Virus record (IMG/VR): IMGVR_UViG_2845860650_000005
Location: 55,422-119,421 of that record
Reading direction: 5' to 3' (one strand)
DNA length: 64,000 nucleotides
Origin: a virus
Lineage: Duplodnaviria; Caudoviricetes
Shown: in pieces, positions 40,429 to 50,136 of the stretch
Layout of the letters: the number at the start of each line of letters is the position of its first letter
How positions within the stretch are numbered: the first letter of the stretch is position 1
Program-made: the position numbers and the translations under genes
Notes under the pieces: generated by a model
Told to the model about the DNA's origin: nothing
What the model saw: only the letters and a program-made list of their open reading frames with translations
The model's database searches: none

Positions 40429-40635
40429 CTAGTGATTAACAATTCCTTCAATAACTCCAGACAACATAGCTTGATGTTTAATCAAATTAAACGCAATGCC
40501 AGATATTCCATTACTGGGTTCAAAAATAGGGTCTTCTTCTAGGCTTTGAATCTCTAGCTGAATAGCTGCTTGCATTTCCAGAAGTGCCCTTTTATATTGT
40601 CTTTTCCTGCTAGCTACAGGGTCGTAATCGCTCAT
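40429..40635 (-). CDS. small hypothetical protein
   Basis: AAGGAG RBS. Confidence 0.6.
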   Translation of the reverse strand: MSDYDPVASRKRQYKRALLEMQAAIQLEIQSLEEDPIFEPSNGISGIAFNLIKHQAMLSGVIEGIVNH

Positions 40636-40653
40636 TTGATTCTCCTTTGTGGA

Positions 40654-41307
40654 CTAAACTCCACTGATTTCATGTGACCAAGCAATTTCTTGTACAATAT
40701 CTTCTGCCTGTTTTTCACTAATAGCAGAATCAGGAGTTTTATAAAACCCAATGATTTGCCCTTTGGGACGCACAATAATGCGCTGTGTGGTCAGTTGCTT
40801 ATCCCAAACAAAGCATGAAATAGTGATGTTATCAGTTGCCCACCGAATACCCCTCTTATCCTTGCGAAAGCAGTACCGTGGATATACAAGAACTAAGTTC
40901 GGTGGGTTTTTCTCTAAGAATTCTGCCCGGTCGTCGCAGGGTTCCAAAAAACTAGTCAACAAAAATGCTGCAACGCCTACTTTTGCTCTCGAATGAGCAT
41001 TTTTGATAATAGGTGCTGCAAATTCGGCATACGGTGGATTGGTGACAATCCAATCGGCGTCGGGAAACTCATCCCACGACTTAGATAGCGTTACATCAAG
41101 ATGGTAATCAGCTTGTTTTTTGGGGTCAATATCATTCGTCCAGATACCTCTGGTGTGGGGCCACACATTTAGTAGTGATGCGATCGCACCCCCACCTACA
41201 CATGGTTCTCCCACTACTCCTTTAATTTTCACGTACCGAAGTAGTTCAGTAGTGAACCAAGATGGTGACTCGTAAAAGTTTAATGGATGTCTCTCAAGTA
41301 TTTTCAT
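40654..41307 (-). CDS. small phage amino-DNA methyltransferase
   Basis: FYESP, EPCVGGGAI, IVTNPPY. Confidence 0.85.
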   Translation of the reverse strand: MKILERHPLNFYESPSWFTTELLRYVKIKGVVGEPCVGGGAIASLLNVWPHTRGIWTNDIDPKKQADYHLDVTLSKSWDEFPDADWIVTNPPYAEFAAPIIKNAHSRAKVGVAAFLLTSFLEPCDDRAEFLEKNPPNLVLVYPRYCFRKDKRGIRWATDNITISCFVWDKQLTTQRIIVRPKGQIIGFYKTPDSAISEKQAEDIVQEIAWSHEISGV

Positions 41308-41860
41308 TCAATGATTCCTTGGATGGTGGTAAATAAAACGTGTATGGAGTTTCATAACCAAACTCCAAACGATAATATTTGATTGCCCATTGCTCCCGTA
41401 AGCGTTGATTGGGAGCAATTTCTAGCAGTAGTTCTCGATACAAATTCTTGACTTCCGTTGTTGCGTCTTGAAACAATACGTTTTGAAACCATTCAACTCT
41501 AGGACGCATGTAGGCACGGGCAAAGCGCTCTATACATGTAGAAAACCACATTCCATTTTTTTCTGATTTAGCAATTCCAAAAGTCTGCTTCCAAGACTGA
41601 GCAAATTCTTTTTCAAGGTTTTTAATTCGTTTATTCCAATATTTCTCCCAGTATTCGTCATTGATATCTTTAGAATCATTAGCACAAGTTTTTAGCAAAT
41701 CATAAGCTGAGTCAATTGCTATAAAATCTTCAGATTTACCTCCGCAATCTGGATGTGTAAGCAAACATAGTTTTCGATAAGCAGTTTTTAGTTCTCCCAT
41801 AGAAAAAGGAGACTTCAATTCTAAAATTTTAATAGCCTGATTGATTGTCATTTTTGTCAT
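41294..41860 (-). CDS. J-domain (DnaJ-like) protein
   Basis: LKTAYRKL...HPD.GG..EDF..I..AY. Confidence 0.85.
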   Translation of the reverse strand: MTKMTINQAIKILELKSPFSMGELKTAYRKLCLLTHPDCGGKSEDFIAIDSAYDLLKTCANDSKDINDEYWEKYWNKRIKNLEKEFAQSWKQTFGIAKSEKNGMWFSTCIERFARAYMRPRVEWFQNVLFQDATTEVKNLYRELLLEIAPNQRLREQWAIKYYRLEFGYETPYTFYLPPSKESLNENT

Positions 41861-42059
41861 TGGACGCTCCTTTTCGTTACCCATTTATCCCAATACTCGC
41901 GTTCAGTTGCAGGGTGCAAATCAAAATATCTTTGGCATATAGCCCAGCTAACTTCCAATCCTGGGGAAACAATTCCTTCTAAGGTATAAAGTTCAGAGTA
42001 GCGGCTGCTAGTGAACTTCTTGCAGCGATCGCACCTTTCTCTATACTGTTTACTACCGC

Positions 42060-42626
42060 TCATTTTTTGCCATTCCCGTAATGCTTGTTCCAAATATCAT
42101 CAACTGGGAACATAGATTTTTTTGAGTTATCAGATTTAACAGATTCAATTATTGATAAGCGGCTTTCTAAATCTTCATATTTTTGAAGTAGTTGAGCATT
42201 TTGTTCTATCAGACTCTCTATTTTACTTCCTACTTCTTGAAGCTTGTTTTCTAATTGCTCTAGTTCTGCAATTTTTGATTGGCAATCATCAGTAGAATTT
42301 GGTAGATTCAGGTATTGAGTAATTGCAGCAATCATTACCTGGGTACGCGTCCGACTAGTCAACTTGGCATTATTATCAACTGCTTCCCAAAGTTCTTGAG
42401 GTACGCGTCCTGACAAAAAAAGTTTCTCTGAAGCTATCATAATTGTACCTAATTCTTCCAATAAATCTGCTCTAGTTAATCCCTCATTTTGTGCTAATTC
42501 ACCTAATATTTCCCAAATAGAATCTGTTACGCGGATACTTCTGACTATGCGTAATTCGTTTGATTTAGGTGCAAATTTCCCATTTTCATTACGTCCCTGC
42601 ATCATCACATTTCTTAAACTCCACAA
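42060..42626 (-). CDS. tandem RHH + coiled-coil protein
   Basis: RSIRVTDSIWE; SGRVPQELWEAV. Confidence 0.65.
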   Translation of the reverse strand: MWSLRNVMMQGRNENGKFAPKSNELRIVRSIRVTDSIWEILGELAQNEGLTRADLLEELGTIMIASEKLFLSGRVPQELWEAVDNNAKLTSRTRTQVMIAAITQYLNLPNSTDDCQSKIAELEQLENKLQEVGSKIESLIEQNAQLLQKYEDLESRLSIIESVKSDNSKKSMFPVDDIWNKHYGNGKK

Positions 42627-43281
42627 CCCAAATCCAAGGATCTATAGCCCAACTATTTGCCCCATTAACCGATTCCCAAAGACTCTGAAAAGATGTTCTT
42701 GGACGTGTATAAACAAAAGCCCCTGAATGATAGTCTTTATATAATTCTCTTGCTGGTTGGTTATAGCTTGCATCCCTGAAAACTTTTTCAACTCCTTCTC
42801 TAGTCGCACTTATTTGGTTAATATCCCACAGCTTTTCTACCCGGATATTCAGTATTTCAAGCCAAATACGAGCAGCTTGTTTGGGCATATGGATAGAAGG
42901 TTTCCACGCACCATTTACTGCTACAAGTTTCTCAAGTTCTGGTACAGAGGGGGAACATTTATAGGACATGTCCGCTTTATAAGCGAAACACACAGCATCA
43001 TCAGATGGCGCTTGTCTCCAAGTTTCACGCACCCAAAGCAAATCCCCTGGTTGTCCGTAAGGACAAGGAATATCAACCAATTCTCCTGTTGTTAAATTCT
43101 TGAATTTAGCGACTGTCACCAAGTCCTTTTTTGGTTTTTCTAAAATCAATGCTTCAAGGAAGAAGTTATCAGGCGCTTTATTGATGTAATCAAGCGATCG
43201 CAATCTGCGAGTTTCCGATTTGGAACCTTGTAAAATTGCACAGACCATATCACCATTAAATAGTAAAGGACGCTCTTTCAT
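42589..43281 (-). CDS. conserved phage protein (ASCH/PUA-like MKERPxLF family)
   Basis: MKERPLLFNGDMV.AIL.G.K..TRR, PYGQPGD.LWVRETW, WKPSIHMP. Confidence 0.8.
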   Translation of the reverse strand: MKERPLLFNGDMVCAILQGSKSETRRLRSLDYINKAPDNFFLEALILEKPKKDLVTVAKFKNLTTGELVDIPCPYGQPGDLLWVRETWRQAPSDDAVCFAYKADMSYKCSPSVPELEKLVAVNGAWKPSIHMPKQAARIWLEILNIRVEKLWDINQISATREGVEKVFRDASYNQPARELYKDYHSGAFVYTRPRTSFQSLWESVNGANSWAIDPWIWVVEFKKCDDAGT

Positions 43282-43562
43282 AAAATAGTAATAGTTGCAA
43301 CTAAAGTTTTTTCTCCATCACTTAGTTCACCTATTTCTTCCCAAGCTTGTTTGGTAAAAAATAAGTGTCTTTTTGCAAAGCCTAGTTCAGTTAGATCTTG
43401 GATTTCCCAAATACCAGGAATACCTTGGTAAAACCTGACTAAATTCGTCCCAGATAAATAAATATCGTCCGATAACTGGTACAAATCCTGTAAAGTTTTA
43501 ATTTCAGCAATATGCCCTAAAACAACTTCACTCGATTCAAATCCGTAAAATCTTCTTTTCAT
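43278..43562 (-). CDS. hypothetical protein
   Basis: 94 aa, ATGA overlaps. Confidence 0.55.
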   Translation of the reverse strand: MKRRFYGFESSEVVLGHIAEIKTLQDLYQLSDDIYLSGTNLVRFYQGIPGIWEIQDLTELGFAKRHLFFTKQAWEEIGELSDGEKTLVATITIL

Positions 43563-43659
43563 TCTTTGATTAAAATTGGGTATATCTGCTTAGCAATGGT
43601 TTCAAATTTATCGCCATCTGGGTAGGGGCGTGGAATATCTTTACCTTGTTCATAGCAAA

Positions 43660-43885
43660 CACTTTTTAGGTGGGTTGAAAGGATAGAGCAACAGATTCTT
43701 TGTTTGAAGAGCTTGATTTTAGCTCTAATATTGAAACTGATTAATTACCCTATAACAAAAGAAGAGTTCTGCCATACTGTATGTATGGCAGGGTGTTGTA
43801 ATGACATACAATTTGTCAACGCGGACAATAATTTGGCACACGGACATTAATCTGTCAACGCGGACAAATAATTTGGCAATCGACA
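43660..43885 (-). mobile_element. orphan left end of a type V-K CAST (Tn7-like) transposon
   Basis: minus strand TGTCGATT then four G(A/C)CA-N6-7-TGTC TnsB-type sites incl. GACAGATTAATGTC; homing crRNA ~200 nt inside. Confidence 0.8.
43668..43698 (+). CRISPR. isolated truncated type V-K repeat with 17-nt tRNA-homing spacer
   Basis: AGGTGGGTTGAAAG (3' end of the Cas12k repeat) + GATAGAGCAACAGATTC (tRNA D-arm/anticodon-stem-like). Confidence 0.75.
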
Positions 43886-43927
43886 GCAATTGCTATCAAA
43901 GCAATTTCAGTTTCCAAGGAAATTTGG

Positions 43928-45064
43928 TTAGTCTGCATAATTTTCCTCACCAAGGATTGATTGAATTAAGGCGTACCAGGCAGGAGCTTTTTTACCGTTC
44001 ACTGGGGCCAATTTATTGAATTCTTGCCACAGTTGATCGTCTGTTGCGTGTGGTAGTTTTTTCTTGGCCCAGGCGATCGCATCGTGAGGAGTTTTCCACT
44101 TATGCCATTCTGAAGCAGGTTCAAGCATCTTTATCGGCTCAACCACCTGAACATCGACATCTATATAATCAATAGCCCTTGCATCTCCCCGCAGCAGACC
44201 CTTCACCACAGACTGAGATACTGGAAGCTGTCGGGCTTGATACTCGTTAAATTCAATCCAAGCCCTACGCAGGGCCATATAGTTGGGGTCAATTTGAATT
44301 GAAATTGCCCAAATTTTTTTGTCTGCCTTCTTCCCAGTCCGCAGTCCATTTTCAAAAATCGGAATTTTAGTCTTAATCTCAGTCCTACTGAGAATGAATG
44401 GAACTTTGTGTTTGTACTGGGAACAAGGAAAGGGAGCATTGGTAATGCTTCCTAGCATCTCTTTGAACTCTCTTAATTTGATATCCAGATAACTAATATC
44501 CTCCAGGGAATGGAGGGTCATTTGCCCAGGAATCATCAAGTCGTTATCTAGCAATTCCCGGACATAAAAATGCAGCTTCCCCTCAGCTTTGCATCCATGT
44601 TGGCACTGCATAGATAACGATTGCCCCTGCATGGGACAAGGCGTATCGTGACAATCTACAAGTTGGTGATACTGCCCTTTTTTGTCCTGGAGCATCACAG
44701 ATTTTTTAAGGATATTGGTGCGATCGCACACCAATTGCAGACCTGAGCCTTTATAGCTAGACATTGAAGTTGCAAAAGTTCTATCCACCTCGTCGAACGG
44801 CAGATATATATTTAGGGCTTGAGTCAAAAAATCTCCATTGCTATCGGGATTTCCATAACTTTTGGAAAAAATGGTAGAGGCTTCTCTATTGGTGGTAACT
44901 AGGCGGATATTACTACCTAAGTCTTTCCCGTAGCCCTCGTATTCTTTTCCCCCATCAGTTCGATTTTTGACCTTACGACTGCCTTTGAATGCAGACACTT
45001 CTATCCTGCCTAAAGGATTGAAATTTGCATCATCATAACGGTTTGTCAAACCAGAAATAGGCAT
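43928..45064 (-). CDS. Gp3-like recombination protein (recombination directionality factor-like family)
   Basis: IYLPFD, L.LVCD, C...CP...C..GCK.EG.L.F, PFILSR. Confidence 0.65.
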   Translation of the reverse strand: MPISGLTNRYDDANFNPLGRIEVSAFKGSRKVKNRTDGGKEYEGYGKDLGSNIRLVTTNREASTIFSKSYGNPDSNGDFLTQALNIYLPFDEVDRTFATSMSSYKGSGLQLVCDRTNILKKSVMLQDKKGQYHQLVDCHDTPCPMQGQSLSMQCQHGCKAEGKLHFYVRELLDNDLMIPGQMTLHSLEDISYLDIKLREFKEMLGSITNAPFPCSQYKHKVPFILSRTEIKTKIPIFENGLRTGKKADKKIWAISIQIDPNYMALRRAWIEFNEYQARQLPVSQSVVKGLLRGDARAIDYIDVDVQVVEPIKMLEPASEWHKWKTPHDAIAWAKKKLPHATDDQLWQEFNKLAPVNGKKAPAWYALIQSILGEENYAD

Positions 45065-45203
45065 ATATTAGTTATGTATGAATGATTTATTAGAACTCTA
45101 CTAATCACAATATCATATTGTAGGTGATATTCGTCATTTTATATATGATATTATTTGCTGAAAGCCAGAAATATATGCAGCATTCAGCTTGATAGGAGAT
45201 TCT

Positions 45204-45449
45204 ATGCGGATTGCTCGGACAACTTACATTGATATTGAAGGATTGGGGGACAGGATAAGAACAGCAAGGAAGCTTGATAAAAGGACACTTAAGCAAATTG
45301 CAAAAGAAGCTGGACTGTCCGAAGGGCACTGGCACGTTATCGAAAAAGAGCAGGGCGTGATACCAGAAGAAACTTTATTGAGGATGCAAGAAGTCCTTCA
45401 AGTTAATTTAGGATTCCAGGAAGAATTTGATAAATTATCAAAAAGTTAA
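45204..45449 (+). CDS. XRE-family HTH (Cro-like)
   Basis: LGDRIRTARK...LKQIAKEAGLS..HW..IE; AGGAG RBS. Confidence 0.85.
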   Translation: MRIARTTYIDIEGLGDRIRTARKLDKRTLKQIAKEAGLSEGHWHVIEKEQGVIPEETLLRMQEVLQVNLGFQEEFDKLSKS

Positions 45450-45503
45450 TTTTTTTACCGCCGTAATATTTTTAGCCAAATTCCCACATTCAGCAGCACA
45501 AAC

Positions 45504-45986
45504 ATGAACGAGTTACACGAAAGACTTCAAGAGAGCAGGATTAAAGCGCTGACGCCAGTTATTGCAGATGTTCTCTGTAGCTGTGATTTGAACGGATACA
45601 GAATAGATGAAGTGTTAATTGTACTAAGCAACTACGTCAAGGAGCGCAAATTAAGTGCGGCGGTGAGGCTTTTGGAAGAAGCCGTTAATGTTGTTCAAAT
45701 CCAACAGCAAAAAAACCACAATTTACTGCAATTAGCTGAGATTCAAGAACAATTGCAAGAAAATCGCATTGAAGCACTGACGCCAGTCTTTGTTGATGTT
45801 CTTTGCATTGTAGAAGCCAACGGCTACACGATTGATGAAGTTGTTATTGTGCTGACAAAATATGCTAGAAAGCGAGATTTGAGCGCAGCTGTTCGACTGC
45901 TCGAAGATGCAGCAACCGCTATCCAGCAACAATATCAACAATCAAATGTAGCAGTTTTACCTGCTCTGTCTTATCGAGAGATCTGA
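45504..45986 (+). CDS. protein made of two ~70-aa tandem repeats
   Basis: LQE.RI.ALTPV..DVLC....NGY.IDEV.IVL..Y...R.LSAAVRLLE twice. Confidence 0.75.
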   Translation: MNELHERLQESRIKALTPVIADVLCSCDLNGYRIDEVLIVLSNYVKERKLSAAVRLLEEAVNVVQIQQQKNHNLLQLAEIQEQLQENRIEALTPVFVDVLCIVEANGYTIDEVVIVLTKYARKRDLSAAVRLLEDAATAIQQQYQQSNVAVLPALSYREI

Positions 45987-46257
45987 TACTGCTAAGCATG
46001 TCTTCAGCAACTTTTGGTTTTGGATGATGATGTTGTTGTTCCTCCCCTTTGACCACTGCTAAAAGTTGCAGGACATCACCTTGCCCCCAAGCCTCGGCGA
46101 TCGCAATCAAGTTATCTATAGTAGGCCAAGTCCTAGCCTGCTCCCAGTTGCGTATTGTAGTTTGAGATACGCCTAAACGCATACCAAGATCCTCTTGAGA
46201 GTATTTTCTTTGGATGCGAATTTCCTGGACTATATCAGCTAATTTTTGCTTTTCCAC
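45919..46257 (-). CDS. XRE-family repressor-like HTH protein
   Basis: YSQEDLG.RLGVSQTTIRNWEQAR..P. Confidence 0.85.
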   Translation of the reverse strand: MEKQKLADIVQEIRIQRKYSQEDLGMRLGVSQTTIRNWEQARTWPTIDNLIAIAEAWGQGDVLQLLAVVKGEEQQHHHPKPKVAEDMLSSIRSLDKTEQVKLLHLIVDIVAG

Positions 46258-46328
46258 GTCTTAATTACCCAATTTTGTACAAATATTGCATATAAAAAAT
46301 AAACAGTGTTATTAGCAACATGCTGATG

Positions 46329-46353
46329 TATCATCATGTATGTACTGATGATA
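46329..46353. promoter_or_regulatory. candidate operator
   Basis: perfect IR TATCATCA-N9-TGATGATA between the repressor and the replication operon. Confidence 0.5.
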
Positions 46354-46498
46354 AAAAAGCAGCATGGCCCTAAACAGATTTAGGGCTGAGTTTGCTTTGA
46401 CTTTATATGGGAACTTATATGTACCAAAATAAACGTCCATTTGGCAAGAGTACTCGAACTGTGCGCTTACACAATTCTCCACAGATTACAAATTCGCT

Positions 46499-46864
46499 AT
46501 GAAAAATATTGCAAGCTCACGAAACATGAGTGTATACTGTGTTTGTAGCAGAATAGATTATTTTTTATGGCAACTAAATGCAACACTCCGAAGTATAGAG
46601 GACTTATTCCAAGGAAACCTACTTGGAATCTTGGAGAAACCACATGCATCAGGATACCGAAAAAAATTAAAGACCAAGTTCTCCAGTTCGCCAGAGAACT
46701 GGACGAACAACAACAATAATACAACCCCAAAATTAAAATCCCCAAACACTGCTTGCGACAGTTTTGGGGAATGGGGTACTCCTATCAAATCAAACCTAAC
46801 TAGGAGCATTACTTATGAATATAGCCGGCTGTGCCCCAAAACTGCAACTGGGGAAAGGCCATGA
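46499..46864 (+). CDS. hypothetical protein
   Basis: ATGA overlap with Dam-like gene. Confidence 0.45.
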   Translation: MKNIASSRNMSVYCVCSRIDYFLWQLNATLRSIEDLFQGNLLGILEKPHASGYRKKLKTKFSSSPENWTNNNNNTTPKLKSPNTACDSFGEWGTPIKSNLTRSITYEYSRLCPKTATGERP

Positions 46865-47709
46865 ATAACAGCATCCCCGCGTTGCGGTATTTCGGGGGCA
46901 AGCATCGGGACGCTGCCAGAATAATTTCCCATCTCCCCCCACACGAAATATATTGCGAGGTTTTTGGAGGCGGGGCCTCTGTGCTGCTACAAAAAACCCC
47001 CTCAGATTTTGAGGTTTATAACGACCTCAGCAAAGACGTAACCAATTTTTTCCGAGTTTTGCGCGATCGCCAAGATGAATTAATTCGCGCAATTGAGCTT
47101 ACTCCCTACAGCCGCGACGAATGGAAGAGGTCTTTCGAGATTGCAGACGACCCAGTAGAAGCAGCAAGGCGTTTATATGTCCGCAGTTGGCAATCCTATT
47201 CTGCCGATGCCATTGCTTACAAAAATTCTGGGTGGAGGTTCCAATACCAGAAGCACCAGGGCTTCAATAATGTAGTCGCCAATTTTAACAGAGTAAATCA
47301 TCTGTGGGAATTGGCAGCACGTTTCAAGCAGGTGCAAATTGAAAACGATTCGGCAATAGCGGTTATAGAGCGCTATGGGCGTAATCCAAATTGCCTGATT
47401 TATTGCGACCCCCCATATGTCCATTCAACAAGAACTGAATCGGGCAATTATCTTTACGAGATGTCTGATGCAGAACATAAAAAATTGGCCGAGTCTCTAC
47501 ATTCGGCCAAGGCAATGGTAGTTCTGTCTGGGTACGACTGCGAATTGTACCAAGAACTTTATAAAGATTGGCGATTAATCCAATGGACGACATTAATCAA
47601 CGGCAACAAGCGTACTGCCACTGAATCGTTATGGATTTCGCCAAATTGTGAGGATAAAAACAAGCTTCCTTTACTTGCTTTTCTCAATTCATCAGAGATG
47701 ACGATATGA
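46861..47709 (+). CDS. D12-class (Dam-like) N6-adenine DNA methyltransferase
   Basis: RYFGGK, EVFGGGASV, VYNDL, YCDPPY. Confidence 0.93.
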   Translation: MNNSIPALRYFGGKHRDAARIISHLPPHEIYCEVFGGGASVLLQKTPSDFEVYNDLSKDVTNFFRVLRDRQDELIRAIELTPYSRDEWKRSFEIADDPVEAARRLYVRSWQSYSADAIAYKNSGWRFQYQKHQGFNNVVANFNRVNHLWELAARFKQVQIENDSAIAVIERYGRNPNCLIYCDPPYVHSTRTESGNYLYEMSDAEHKKLAESLHSAKAMVVLSGYDCELYQELYKDWRLIQWTTLINGNKRTATESLWISPNCEDKNKLPLLAFLNSSEMTI

Positions 47710-49619
47710 ATACATTACCAGAAACTTTAGATGAAAACGCATCCTATTCAATTCTCACCAAAGCAGAATGTTTGTTTTCTGCCATTTGGCATAACCCCAA
47801 GGGTGCGATCGCTACCGAAAAAGTAGCCGAATATTATGGGGTTTCCCCAGACGCTATTTCAGAATTGCTCCAAACCCACTGGGAAGAATTTGATGAAGAA
47901 ATCACCAGTGGATGGACACCAAGGGCAGCTATTCGATTGGGGATGCTATTAACTTCCCCTACCGCTACAAATGTGCGATCGCTTGCACTGGATGTTATTG
48001 AAGCGCACAAAATCCCCAGCAAGCGAGCTTCTGTGGAATTCTTGTTGAAGTCCGCTTCCTTTGTTGAGTGGAGCGACAGAGAAATAGGCAGGATAATTGG
48101 ATGCGACCACAAAGTAGTTGGCGGCGTCAGAAAAAAATTGGAATCAGAGGGCAAGGTCATCCCCATCGACCGCCGCAGATGTAATAGGGGTGGTAAAACT
48201 ATCGAGCAACAAAGGCATAAACAACGAGAGAATGAGGATTCTAGCCTTCATCTGGGGACTAACTCCCCAGATGCAGCCCAAAACCCTGATTCTTACGTGG
48301 AACGAGAGAATGAGGATTCTAGCCTTCATCTGGGGACTAACTCCCCAGATGCAGCCCAAAACCCTGATTCTTACGTAGCGAAAGTCAGAGTTTCATCACA
48401 ATCCCACATTCGATATGGGCAGGAAGGCACAATTACTGGTCAAGCAAATATGACACATGTGTTCGTTGCTTTTGCAGATTGTCCTAGTGAGTTGGTTGCG
48501 ATCGCGGACTTAGATAGTAGCAGTGTTCCGTATCCGCAACCCGCCAGAACCTACACCGAAGAAGAACTCGCTAAGTGCATAGAAGAAGCCTTGATTGGGC
48601 GGAAAGTAGAAATTGAGGAGTTGGCCGTTCGTCAAGTGCGAGAACAGCTGCAAGCCTCCAGGAACCTTGTGCAGCAGATGAAGGCGGAAAACGTCAAACT
48701 GCAACAAGAAATACAACAATTAGAAGCACTGAAGCTTTTAGAGGAGGAAAACCAACACCTCCAACAACGGAACGCAGAGCTAGAAAAGCTTGTTGCCGAA
48801 AAACCTATGGAATGGTCAAATCCAATTCCAGAAGCAGCAGCTAAAGTTTTGAATCAACAGGTGAAACAAGCTTTAAAAAACACCATTGATTTAAGACAGC
48901 TAGCCGTTGAACCTCCCAAAGACGCCGTGTTGTGTCTGCAATTGATGGGATTGGCTTTGGGCAACTTAGCCCAAGCCATCAATAACACCCAGGCCTTGGA
49001 AGCAGCAGCAATTCTCTTGGGATGTGAAGCGAACAAAACTGCGATCGCTCAAAGGATAATGGCCGAGAAAGCGATTGAAGATATCCGCGCAATCTTATCA
49101 ACAAAATGCTCTTGGGAAAAATTTTGGACAGTGGCCCAGAAGTACCAAGAAGTAAAAGAACTGTACTGGCCAAAATTAACTAATTCTGAAAAAGATTTCA
49201 TCAGAACAATCAAACGCAATCACGAAACTCAATTTCCTTCCATTGAAAAGAAGGCAGAGGGCAGCAGTTCGACAAGCTCACTGACCGGGCAGAGGGCAGA
49301 AGGTAGGAATTTGGAGAGGGATTCAGCGCAAAGTCAGATCGGAGGCTTCCTCCGCTCTGAACTTTGTAAGACAGACCCCCACCAAATAAATGCCACTGAA
49401 TCAGAAGATAGTATTCCTTCTGCCTCCTGCCTCCTGCCCTCTGCCTTTCTTGTTGAATTGAACAAAAAAGTTGCGTCTAGCGATATCTACAGCGAACTCT
49501 ACGTTAAAGAGGGAGTGGTGGTAGAGGAGATTTCATCTGATGAAGTTATGGTGCTTTGGAACCACGACAAAGAAAAGCGTCCCAGGAGATATTTTAAAAA
49601 CGAGTTGCGCTTAATTTAA
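47706..49619 (+). CDS. multidomain DNA-binding protein (HTH, KOW-like, coiled coil) with in-frame repeat insertions
   Basis: WSDREIGRIIGCDHKVVG.VR; coiled coil; insertions at 48222-48376 and 49250-49450. Confidence 0.75.
   Translation: MNTLPETLDENASYSILTKAECLFSAIWHNPKGAIATEKVAEYYGVSPDAISELLQTHWEEFDEEITSGWTPRAAIRLGMLLTSPTATNVRSLALDVIEAHKIPSKRASVEFLLKSASFVEWSDREIGRIIGCDHKVVGGVRKKLESEGKVIPIDRRRCNRGGKTIEQQRHKQRENEDSSLHLGTNSPDAAQNPDSYVERENEDSSLHLGTNSPDAAQNPDSYVAKVRVSSQSHIRYGQEGTITGQANMTHVFVAFADCPSELVAIADLDSSSVPYPQPARTYTEEELAKCIEEALIGRKVEIEELAVRQVREQLQASRNLVQQMKAENVKLQQEIQQLEALKLLEEENQHLQQRNAELEKLVAEKPMEWSNPIPEAAAKVLNQQVKQALKNTIDLRQLAVEPPKDAVLCLQLMGLALGNLAQAINNTQALEAAAILLGCEANKTAIAQRIMAEKAIEDIRAILSTKCSWEKFWTVAQKYQEVKELYWPKLTNSEKDFIRTIKRNHETQFPSIEKKAEGSSSTSSLTGQRAEGRNLERDSAQSQIGGFLRSELCKTDPHQINATESEDSIPSASCLLPSAFLVELNKKVASSDIYSELYVKEGVVVEEISSDEVMVLWNHDKEKRPRRYFKNELRLI
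48222..48376. repeat. 78-nt in-frame tandem duplication with palindrome
   Basis: RENEDSSLHLGTNSPDAAQNPDSYV twice; CATCTGGGGA-CTAAC-TCCCCAGATG. Confidence 0.9.
49250..49450. repeat. in-frame AGGCAGA mini-element with nested small repeats
   Basis: AAGGCAGAGGGCAG...CTGCCCTCTGCCTT; nested hairpin CAAAGTCAGATCGGAGG...CCTCCGCTCTGAACTTTG. Confidence 0.8.
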
Positions 49620-49650
49620 CACTGTTCAATTATTAACTGGAATCAGCAAC

Positions 49651-50136
49651 ATGCAATTACTTCAAATCAATACTCTAAGAAAGCCTAAATATCAAGTATC
49701 AATCAACAAAATTGTTATCAAAGGCGATTGGGAAATTCAAATCGATTACGAACTACCATCGCAAGACACGGAACGTAAAAATGTGAAACTGTTTTGTAAA
49801 GAACGCCCCACAAAACAGTTTATAGAAGCTTTTGAAAAACTAAAGCCCAACCTCTATACTATTTGCGGATTAGATAGGAAGATTTGGGAGCCAGGGCGAA
49901 TTACTTCTATTCGCTTCAAAGAACAAGAACAGGGCACAATGCTGTCGATTACGCTTAGAGTTGTGTCAGAAGAAGCAATAGCAATTGCTGGCACTGAAGA
50001 ACTTTACCCCAAGGGTGAATTCTTAGATAAAGTCAACAACTTAATTGCTGAATTGGAGGACTACATAAATGGTGTAAGGGAAGCCCAACAAATGACGATA
50101 GATGGTTATTTAGAAGGTCAAAAGGATAATGGCTAA
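49651..50136 (+). CDS. hypothetical protein
   Basis: 161 aa. Confidence 0.7.
   Translation: MQLLQINTLRKPKYQVSINKIVIKGDWEIQIDYELPSQDTERKNVKLFCKERPTKQFIEAFEKLKPNLYTICGLDRKIWEPGRITSIRFKEQEQGTMLSITLRVVSEEAIAIAGTEELYPKGEFLDKVNNLIAELEDYINGVREAQQMTIDGYLEGQKDNG

Noticed and set aside
43668-43885. Full CRISPR array or tRNA gene
   Set aside because: Only one truncated repeat and a 17-nt tRNA-like spacer; no cloverleaf, no cas genes
48222-48376. Mini-CRISPR
   Set aside because: Exact tandem duplication with no unique spacer
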